Assembly: GCA_001275005.1 (NCBI GenBank)
Contig: JWZX01002525.1
Span: 1-32,739, forward strand
Source: Chrysochromulina tobinii
Taxonomy: Eukaryota
Reading direction: 5' to 3'
Length of the DNA stretch: 32,739 nt
This document shows positions 20,387-29,000 of this stretch, piece after piece (within the stretch, counting starts at the first letter, position 1; every line of letters starts with the position of its first letter). Made by a program: the position numbers and the translations under genes. A model generated the notes under the pieces. The model ran no database searches, was not told the DNA's origin, and saw nothing but the letters and a program-made list of their open reading frames with translations.

Positions 20387-20676
20387 TTCAGCGCCGCCCG
20401 AGCCGCTGCAGCAGCCATCGTCTTCGGCGGACGCCATGGTGCTTGATGCTGGTGTTGCGCTTGGAGCACGCGGGAATGCTCGCCCAGAGCGTCGAAGTGG
20501 CGCGAGGGGTGCACGGCTCTCAGGCGCTCGTGGCACTGCCCCCTGTGGGCTGACAACGACGCCGAGGCACAGGCAGCATGGGGCCGTGCAGGCCTCCGTG
20601 TGAAATCGCTGCTAGTGACGCGTGACGCACGCCACTGCTCTCGTTAGGGCAACCGAGAGCAGTGCGTCAAAACTCT

Positions 20677-20776
20677 AACGCAACAAAAAGCGCAGCTATA
20701 GAACCACAAAACAAAAAAATCCAGCACAACGCATCAAAAAGCGCAGCTATAGAACCACAAAACAAAAATCCAGCAC
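20677..20776. repeat. A-rich ~50-bp tandem duplication
   Basis: AACGCA[A/T]CAAAAAGCGCAGCTATAGAACCACAAAAC(A)nTCCAGCAC x2. Confidence 0.9.
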
Positions 20777-21214
20777 GTCTCCGCCGAGAGTGGGCTCTCG
20801 ATCGGCGGAGACGCTCCTGCGACGTGAATCGATCACACAGCACGATTCACATCGGACGTGATCACCGATGGGCGAGTATTCTCAACCCTCAAGATGACCG
20901 CATCCTTTGTAAGAGGCTCACGTGACAAGGCGGCGAGTGTGGATACAGGAGTCGGCTGTCACGTCGGCGCGCGCGCGCGCGCGAGAGAGCTATCGCGGTT
21001 CCCGCATTCACAAAAGATCCGAATGAAATCCAAAAAAGACTGAATTACGAAACGCTACCGGTCTTACCCGTGTGAACGTTAACACGACAGACGCGACAAC
21101 CGGTGCTACGGCACCCGTGTGTGTTAGAGTCACACAGACACACATTCACACATTCACATATGTGCGCGGCGGCCCGGTCAGAGGACTCATGCGATCTCCA
21201 AATCTCCCCCCGTG

Positions 21215-23107
21215 ATGCCGAAGCGAAGAGCCAGCGGTGTGTTACTCGACTTGCAGGAGCTCACCGAAGAGCAGCGGCAGCACGTCCAAGAACTGCTCAA
21301 GATGGGCAGGGAATGGGGAGGAGCTTGGGAAGAGTCCAAAGTACGTGAAGCGGTGCTCATCACGGCCACGCTCGAGGACGCAACGAATTTAATGTTGAAC
21401 CCGGATGAGTTCGAGCAGCAGAAGAAGGGTTTCCAACAATGGCAACATCGTCAGCCTGAACTCTTGGCCCGTTGGGCATCGAACGAAGGAGACGGAGCAA
21501 GAACGGCGGCGCCGCCGCCTCGAGCCGCCGCGGCGCCTCTGCGCGGGAGTTCACCTCGAGCCGCCGCTGCGCCTCTGCCACCACCATCAGCTCAGCCAGG
21601 GTCGCTACGTGCGGAGCACGATGAAAAGGACGACTACGAGGCAAAGCTCGCAAAGTACTTCGCAAAGCTGCGTGCGAAACGGCCTGATGCCGCCCTGCGC
21701 TGGTTGGAGGGCATAATTGGCGAGCTGACGCCGTCAGAGCGGCAGCGACTTGGCTGCATGCCAGAGCCTATGCCCCCGCACTTGGCGGAGCCTGCCGCCG
21801 CCTCTTCCGAGGAGCATGGAGAGCTGTCGCTGATCTTACGCGCGGATCTCCATGGAGGCCCATACTTGGACTTTGACGCTCACGATGGTTGGGCCACTGC
21901 GCAGGGCTTTGACGTTGCACACATACAGGAGTGGCTGGTACGACGCGAGCAAAGGCCTTTTCATTCCTGGATCACCTACGGGAGCTCGGGCAACACGCTC
22001 CAGTACTTCCTCGACAAGTCGCACGAGTACGCGGATGCGATGGCTTGGCATCTGCAGCGCTGGTTTGGACCAAGCCTACCCGAGGGCGGGAGGAGCATGG
22101 AGGGCTTCGAGAACCCTGCGAATTGGGAGCCTGTGCCACAGTGCGTCCTTCGGGTGGTGGCCCAGATGAAGCAGGTCCTAGTCGACCCCACAACGCACGA
22201 ACCGCTGCTCGCCGAGTTCGAGCTCGCCTTTGCACAGTTCACGCGGATGCCTGTGTGTCACATCAACCATGCGATGCACCCTTCCGGCCTCGCCCCCCCA
22301 TCGATGAGCAACGGGCGCAGGCTCGGCGCTCACTGGGACTCCCCCGGGTATCTCGAGGTCATCGTGACGATCGGTATCTTTGGGGAGGTCGATGTGCAGC
22401 TCGTGCTGCCTCCACAATCCCTCATCCGAAGCACCGTCTTGCCGCGCGAGCGCACAGAGGGCATTGCCATCCCCGCGGGCAGCTTGTACGCCATCTGGGG
22501 CAAGTCGCGCTGGAAGATGTTCCACGATGTCATTGTCGGCCGCGATGAGCGCGCCGTGCCGGGCATGAGGGCAGAGACGGCGCGCGTGGGCTGTACTCTG
22601 CGCTTCTGCCGCCGCTCGTTTGCGCGCCTCTGCGCGATGAGACTTGCGAGAGAGCGTGGAGCCCTCCCGTCGCTCACGCTCACCGAGGCCAACATCGAGG
22701 CAGGCAGCACGATCGTCGAAGCCTATTACTATGACATGAAGGGTGCCCGCGTCAATGAGCACGCGTACCCGTACACGTACCCCGCGCTCGTGCTTGAGGC
22801 GCGCGCCGGCTCGCTCCTCGTCCTCTATATCTCCGATGGGCTCATCCCGGACGATGACGACGAGGCGTGGTCGTTTGGGCTGGTGCCCATCGACCACGCA
22901 GTGCTAGCCTCGGACCTTGTCAGGTGCCGCTGCTTGGACAGCGGTACGAAGGCCGCACGCATGACGATGCGGCTGCTCGAGGACATGGAGACGGGCGAGT
23001 ATACTGGCGCCGTGTGGCGCGGGGTGGCGGCGTTCGTGGATGAGTTGCGCAAGCGCGGGCCGGACGATATGCTCAGGCTTCTGAAGGGTAGTCGCATTCG
23101 GTGCTGA
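21215..23107 (+). CDS. AlkB-family 2OG-Fe(II) dioxygenase with N-terminal UBA-like and C-terminal Tudor/Agenet-like domains, 630 aa
   Basis: LGAHWD (HxD 22331-22339), IVTIGIFG, IPAGSLYAIWGKSRWKMFH (distal H 22523) and RVGCTLR (Rx5R 22583-22603) form a complete AlkB signature of the ALKBH4/7/8 type. VQELLKMG..EESKVREAV..LEDATNLML is UBA-like; IEAGSTIVEAYY..YPALVLE..LLVLYISDG..VP is Tudor-like. Confidence 0.85.
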   Translation: MPKRRASGVLLDLQELTEEQRQHVQELLKMGREWGGAWEESKVREAVLITATLEDATNLMLNPDEFEQQKKGFQQWQHRQPELLARWASNEGDGARTAAPPPRAAAAPLRGSSPRAAAAPLPPPSAQPGSLRAEHDEKDDYEAKLAKYFAKLRAKRPDAALRWLEGIIGELTPSERQRLGCMPEPMPPHLAEPAAASSEEHGELSLILRADLHGGPYLDFDAHDGWATAQGFDVAHIQEWLVRREQRPFHSWITYGSSGNTLQYFLDKSHEYADAMAWHLQRWFGPSLPEGGRSMEGFENPANWEPVPQCVLRVVAQMKQVLVDPTTHEPLLAEFELAFAQFTRMPVCHINHAMHPSGLAPPSMSNGRRLGAHWDSPGYLEVIVTIGIFGEVDVQLVLPPQSLIRSTVLPRERTEGIAIPAGSLYAIWGKSRWKMFHDVIVGRDERAVPGMRAETARVGCTLRFCRRSFARLCAMRLARERGALPSLTLTEANIEAGSTIVEAYYYDMKGARVNEHAYPYTYPALVLEARAGSLLVLYISDGLIPDDDDEAWSFGLVPIDHAVLASDLVRCRCLDSGTKAARMTMRLLEDMETGEYTGAVWRGVAAFVDELRKRGPDDMLRLLKGSRIRC

Positions 23108-23274
23108 CTGACCCGTCCTGCTCGTGCTCGTTTTTAGTACCATGCAAGTGCAGGGGCCACCGCCGCCCAAATAGTACTCTTTTGTATAGACCAGGGGCAG
23201 CGGTGCCGTCCTTTGAGACGGTGTGGAGAGCGCGGGGGAGCGCGCGTCGCCAAGCGCCGTGCCGGGCGCGAATT

Positions 23275-25131
23275 ATGGCGACGGCTACGCGGATGTGCCC
23301 GCGTCCGCGTGTTCGGCCGCCCTGCCTGGCGGCGACGCTTGTGCTCTCAGCGCTCGTCACGATGGCGTGGAGTGCAGCATGGCTGCAGCCAGCAAGCGGC
23401 ATGCTTGGCGATGTCGCCAGCGGGTGGAGGCCACTTCAGGAAGAGTTCTCGTTCCAACTGAACGCGCAGTTTGAGACTGTCTCCGAGAGCTTCATGCTGC
23501 GTCAGCTCGCGCGTTCCTTCTTAGCGGCCCCGTGGCTACTCCCCGACAATGGCCGCAGCCGATCGTGGCGACCCACGCCCGTCGAGGGCTGGGCGTTCCC
23601 ATCGCAGGAGCTCGATGAGGAGGGCGTTGAGCACGGAGGCGAGGATGAGCTAGAGGAGGGCGTGATGTTGTCGAAATCGGCGAGCGTGGTCGTCACAAAA
23701 AGCACGCAGCAGGCACGGCGGCAAGAGTTTCAGCAGCAGCGACAGGATCAAGAAGAGTGGGGCGGGAACCGCTTTACATCGACGGACGACCCTTACAGCA
23801 CTGATGGTAGTGATGACTTCGTCGGCGACGGCGACGAGACGGAGGACGAGACCGGATGGCAGCGTGGTAGTCTCACGGGCGAGGAAGCAGCGAAGGCGGA
23901 GGCGCTCTCGGACGCAGAGGCGGCGACGGAGGAGGAGGTGGAGGTGGTGGAGGAGGACGAGACCGCAGCATTGGAGGCGACGGAGACGGAGGCTGAGGCT
24001 CAGAGGTCCGAGGCAGAGCTGCTGGCCCAGCCAGACGCCACGGGCATCGTGAAGGCGAACGGCAGCGAGGTCGTCATCCTCTACCGCGGCGACGACGAAG
24101 AGGACGGCGCCTCAGGCGAGTTGGCGGACGAAACGGACGGCCACGTGGCGAACGTGACGGCCGTCGAGAAGGCACGCGTCCGCGGCAGCAGCGCCCGCAG
24201 CGCCCGCAGCGGCGGCATGGACGGCCGCATGCGGCAGCACCTGGCCTTGTGCGAGCGAGACTGGCTGTGCGTCGTGAGTGCGAGCCGTTTGCGGCGTAAG
24301 GCACGCTTCGAGCAGCTTTGGCTCCAACAGCCTCTTCTGATGCCAGCCAGCGGCGCCCCGAGGGATGATAGTGGTTCACATCCCTCAGCAACAGCGCCTC
24401 GGGCCAACGGGACAGCGCTTGGGACAGCGCCTCGGGCCAGCGGGACAGCGCTTGGGACAGCGCCTCGGGCCAACGGGACAGCGCTTGGGACAGCGCGTGC
24501 GGCGGCAGCTGCCGCAGCCTCGCCGAACGCAAGTGCGAGCGCGACGGACCGCAAGGTTGGCAGCGCGCCTGGCGATCCAAAGAGGAATGGCACTGACGAA
24601 ACTGGCGATCCAAAGAGGAACGGCACTGACGACGGCATCGGTGGCGGTTGGTTCGCACTTCGGGCAATGGACAACGGCCGACTCGTTCAAATGTTGCCGC
24701 CAGATGATGAGGAAGCCTGGGTCATCCGCGCAGCCGGTGCCGTCACGAGCGCCGTCACGAGCGGCGCGGCTGAGCTGGGCGGTGGGGCGTTCAACGTGGC
24801 CGCAAACGCGAGCGCTGCCAGTGGCCTGCTCGTCGTGACTGCCCTCGAGCTGTGGAGGCAAGAAGGTCTGGCGCTGCGCAACCTGGGCACAGGCGCGCTG
24901 CTGAACTTTCGCGGCGCAGATATCGGAGGCGATGGCACCTCAGTGCGAGGGCACGGCGACACGAAGCCGCGCACGGCCGCGTGGCGACGCACGCCACGGA
25001 CTCGCTTCGTGGTGGAGCCCATCCCGAGCGAACGACGCAAGCCCGGCGGCTTCCTCCGCAAGCCCAAGCGGCGAAAGAAGCGAGACCCAGATGCCAGAAC
25101 GCTAAACACGCGTCTTAGAGGTATTTCTTGA
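23275..25131 (+). CDS. Hypothetical secreted or signal-anchored protein with an acidic tract, internal repeats and a possible beta-trefoil-like C-terminus (~618 aa)
   Basis: ATG 23275; hydrophobic CLAATLVLSALVTMAWSAAW; Glu/Asp-rich middle; several N-x-T/S sequons; WFALRAMDNGRLV and LALRNLGTGALL motifs. Confidence 0.7.
   Translation: MATATRMCPRPRVRPPCLAATLVLSALVTMAWSAAWLQPASGMLGDVASGWRPLQEEFSFQLNAQFETVSESFMLRQLARSFLAAPWLLPDNGRSRSWRPTPVEGWAFPSQELDEEGVEHGGEDELEEGVMLSKSASVVVTKSTQQARRQEFQQQRQDQEEWGGNRFTSTDDPYSTDGSDDFVGDGDETEDETGWQRGSLTGEEAAKAEALSDAEAATEEEVEVVEEDETAALEATETEAEAQRSEAELLAQPDATGIVKANGSEVVILYRGDDEEDGASGELADETDGHVANVTAVEKARVRGSSARSARSGGMDGRMRQHLALCERDWLCVVSASRLRRKARFEQLWLQQPLLMPASGAPRDDSGSHPSATAPRANGTALGTAPRASGTALGTAPRANGTALGTARAAAAAAASPNASASATDRKVGSAPGDPKRNGTDETGDPKRNGTDDGIGGGWFALRAMDNGRLVQMLPPDDEEAWVIRAAGAVTSAVTSGAAELGGGAFNVAANASAASGLLVVTALELWRQEGLALRNLGTGALLNFRGADIGGDGTSVRGHGDTKPRTAAWRRTPRTRFVVEPIPSERRKPGGFLRKPKRRKKRDPDARTLNTRLRGIS
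24391..24632 (+). repeat. Two unrelated in-frame 33-bp tandem repeats (TAPRANGTALG x3 at 24391-24496; GDPKRNGTDET x2 at 24569-24632)
   Basis: Directly visible at DNA and protein level. Confidence 0.9.
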
Positions 25132-25286
25132 AGGGTAGTCAAGAAACACCGCTACACGCGAAGCCTACCAGGCGCATTACAAGTTCGTGACCAGAAGGGC
25201 GCCCACACCCTCGAGATACACGGTGCACACACGACAGTCGAAACGAATCAGTAGAATCGATCCTCTCCCTCTGTTTCTTGTTAGCG

Positions 25287-26003
25287 TCATGCGCTCTTTA
25301 TGGTCTTCGCCTGATAGGCTTGCAACTTCATGCGCAAGCCCAGGATGGACGAAGTCAGACCGATCGCGCCCACTTGCCACTCGTAGAGCGAAAAGGCGAG
25401 GCCATCTACGGCCCAATGCAAAAACATCAACGAGTCCAAAGCCATCTTGGCCAGATGGCGCCGCAGCTTCAGAATCTCGTTTTCAGCAGCCTCATCGCCA
25501 CCAGGGTCGGACTGCTCGCGAGAGCCCAGCCGCCTGAGCCTCAAGCACGTGAGTGCGGCGTCGCACGCATTATACGCCAGCGTGAGCGCCGAGACAAGAC
25601 GACTGTAAAAGCGGCACCGCGCCGTGTACACCGGGTTCTGCGACACATAGCCGATCCAGTACTGCACCTCTGCGTAACATAAGCCTAGCCAAAAGCCATC
25701 GCGACCAAGCGTAAGCGTGTGCTCCGCATCGCGAGGCCCACTGCTGTTCAGCGAGCTCCAAGCGTCCACACCGTCAAACGATCGGGAGATCATGCGCGCA
25801 GTGTCGATGTAGGTCGCGAGTTTGCGCAATTCGATCTGCTTGGTTTGCGGAAGCGCACTCACGTTGCCAAGGAACTTGCAAATGTACTGCACCAGGCGGA
25901 TCAGCGCGTCGCGATGGCCCGGGCTCGAGCTGATGAATTCTGCGGCTTTCATGGACGACGGGTAATCAGAAGGCCACGTCGAGATTGCCCCGTAATCAGG
26001 CAT
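25287..26003 (-). CDS. PEX11: Peroxisomal membrane protein PEX11 family (start 26003 or 25952)
   Basis: HRDALIRLVQYICKFL (RDK..R..QY motif), amphipathic LATYIDTARMISR and C-terminal VGAIGLTSSILGL; typical size. Confidence 0.85.
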   Translation of the reverse strand: MPDYGAISTWPSDYPSSMKAAEFISSSPGHRDALIRLVQYICKFLGNVSALPQTKQIELRKLATYIDTARMISRSFDGVDAWSSLNSSGPRDAEHTLTLGRDGFWLGLCYAEVQYWIGYVSQNPVYTARCRFYSRLVSALTLAYNACDAALTCLRLRRLGSREQSDPGGDEAAENEILKLRRHLAKMALDSLMFLHWAVDGLAFSLYEWQVGAIGLTSSILGLRMKLQAYQAKTIKSA

Positions 26004-26090
26004 TAAGGGTAGCTGGAAAGCGCGTTATGCGCGCTCGCGTGCGCGCACGTACGGCGAGCGAGTGTCCAATACGGCGCTCAATTCTTAGAG
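26004..26090. promoter_or_regulatory. Putative bidirectional promoter between PEX11 and CPSF1
   Basis: 87-bp head-to-head gap containing TGCGCGC-N6-GCGCGCA (26028-26047) and a CCAAT. Confidence 0.45.
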
Positions 26091-29000
26091 ATGTCGGGCG
26101 TCATCCACGTGCCCTGCACCTCGTCGACGATCGTTTCGCACTGCGACGTGGGCGCCTTGTGCGGCCCGGGCGAAGCCGCGCACCTTGTGCTTGCGCGCGG
26201 CTCTGTGCTCGAGGCATACACGCTCCGTGAGGAGCCGGCGCCCTCCGCGCGCGGAGCCACTGCGATGCGGCGTGCTGTGCTTGATGGTGTCGGGGCCGCG
26301 AAGCTCGAGCTGGTCGCGCGCAGCTCGCTCAACGGCATCATCGAATCGCTTCGCATCGTCCGCCCGATCAACGCGCCGCGCGACCGTGTGTTACTCGCGT
26401 TTGCAGACGCCAAGGTGTCGGTGCTCGAGCTCGATTCGGTGTCGCGATCGTTCACCACAGTGGCTGCGCACGCATTCGAGAAGCTCGACGACGCAACGGC
26501 CTGTGGCCAGCTGCACGCCCCTCCAATGCTCCGAGCCAATGCGTGCGGCTCGTGCGCCGCCCTCCTCTCGTACGGCACACACCTCGTGTTGCTCCCAGTG
26601 CTCGAGGTGCGCGGAACGGGAGGTGCGCCTTCTGCTGGCGGACTGCTGGGGCCAGCCTCGCTCTTGTCGCCTCCGCTCGAGGCCCTCACCGCCATTGCTG
26701 GTGCGCCCCTCTCCGTCTGTGCCGACGCGGTAAGCGCCGCCGCCGCCGCCGCAGCCACCGCCACCGCCTCGAGCGCGGCCGGTGTGTCGAGCGCGGCGGG
26801 AACCTCGACCGCGGGCGCGGGCGCGTGCAAGCGCATCGACCTCGGGGCACTCGGGCTGGTGCACGTGCGTGACGTGGCCTTTGTGGAGGGGTATGCCGAG
26901 CCCGTGCTGGGCGTGCTGTGTGAGCCCGAGCAGACATGGTCGGGTCGGCTCGCGTTCAAGAACGACACGGTGACGCTCGCGTGCCTACAGCTTTGCACTG
27001 GCGGCACGAGCTTCGCCCCGCTGTGGGAAGTTCGCGGGCTGCCGCACGACACGACCTCTGTGCTGCCGCTGCCCGCACCCGTGGGCGGTCTTCTCGCGCT
27101 CTCCGACCACGTCCTGCTTTGGCTCGGTCACGCGCATGTGTACGGTCTGGCCCTCAACCGCGACGCGAGCTGCACATGCGTGCCACAGCTCGCTGCGTGC
27201 CCCCCCACCATGCGCCTTCGATTGCAAGGGGCGACGGCTTCGCTCTTTAGCCGCCAGCCGCTTCGCGTCGCCCTCTCCCTCGCGTCGGGAGATTTGTATC
27301 TCGTGCGCTTGCATGCGGACGGGCGCGGTGTGAATGGGATGGATCTCGAGAAGCTCGCGACCTCGGTGCCCGCCTGCTGCAGCTGCGTGCTCGCTCGGCG
27401 CTACCTCTTCCTTGGCTCGCGCGTGGCGGATTCCTTGCTCCTCCAGCTCGCCGAGGCCTTCTGTGACCCGGCACCGCGCCGTCATGGGCGCGGTCCTTCG
27501 GCAGCCGAAGTGCCACCAGGAACGCAGCAGCGGCTTCTGCAGCGTCTGCTCTTGCCGTCTCCGCTCCGCCGCCGCCACCACGATCCCCGTCGTCAATCGC
27601 TCCTCCAAACGAGCGGCACGGCCGGCGAGGCCTTCCGAGTGCCGCGGACGCCGGCAGAGGACGGAGAGGGGGCGAAGGCGGAGGTGGGCGCTCGCGCGTC
27701 AGAGGTGGAGACGACGGCGACGGCGGCTATGGAAGCAGACGGCGCGCTGGCAGAGGCGCCCGAGCCGAAGGTGAAGCTCGAGCCCGGGACAGTGGCAGCG
27801 CCGCCCGTGCCCCCAGCCAAACGGCCGCGGCTGAGCAGCGGCGGCGGGATCGACTTTGAGGGGCTTGAGCTCGTCGAGATGGCGGCCGAGATCGAGATGG
27901 CGACCTCGGAGGAGCTCACTGAGGAAGAATCGGAGGCGCTCGAGCGTGCCGAAGATGCCTTCCTCTACGGCGCCGTTGGCGAGGCGGCGGCGGGAGCGGC
28001 GGGAGGAGCGGCGGGTGGCAGCGGCCGCCCGCCGCGCGGCAGTGTGCGTGCTATGATTCGCGACTCCTTCCCCTCTACCGCCCCCCTGGCTGACGTGGCG
28101 CCCTTTAACAAGGCCGTAGCGGCGCGAGGCGCACCAGCGGCGGCCGGTTCGGAGGCGGCCGGCTGGGAGGTGCTCCTATGCGGCGGCCGTGGGCGGAGTG
28201 GGGCCCTCACTATGCTTGGCCGCGGCATCCACGTCACTTCCGTCGCCGCCTTCGACTTGCCGCCGTGCGACGTCCTCTTCACACTCCCGGCCACCGCTTC
28301 ACACTCCGAGGAGCCAGCAGCACCCAGCTGCGATGCGGCCGCACAGGGAACAGCCAGCGGCGGCGGTGGCGGAGGAGGAGAGGAGTTCCATCAGCTGCTT
28401 CTTCTGAGCGGCGTCTTCGGTACGCGCGTTCTCTCTACAGGTGACGAGATCAGCGAGATCACACAGAGCACCGGCCTCTTTCTCCAAGGACCGACTATAC
28501 TCCTCGCGCCCCTCCGCGGAGGCAGGCGCGCCGTGCAGGTGCATGCGGCGGGAGTGAGGCTGCTCCGTGGCCATGCTTTCGTGAGTGAGCTGGCGGCGCC
28601 CTCGGGCCGTGCGATCACGCGAGCGAGCGCTGCGGTTGATTGGGTTCTGGTGCTCCTCGACAATGGCTCTCCATGGCTGCTCCAGCTCTCTGCCGATGGC
28701 GACTCGCTCAAGCCGCCCGCAGTGCTGTCACAGCCGCAGCTGCCGCCGTTTGTGGCCGCGAGCCTGTATGACGACGCCTCGGCCACCTTTGGAGGGGAGG
28801 CCGCGGAGGCTGGGGAGGCGGCGCGGGCAGCAGCGCCAATGGTGGTGGTGCGTGCGGCATCTGGAGGGGCGGCGTGCCGCGACAGCATCGAAGCTGAGGC
28901 TCTATCTCCTGCGCCTGGCTCGGGCAGTCGGCGCTCCCTCACTCTCGCACCGCCGCTGACCGCCGCCGCCGCCGCGGCCAAGAAGAGCGCTGCAGATGCC

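Noticed and set aside
16950..23270. Transposon boundaries around the dioxygenase pair (AT-rich patches at ~17010-17100 and ~23130-23190)
   Set aside because: I found no terminal inverted repeats, target-site duplication or transposase by eye
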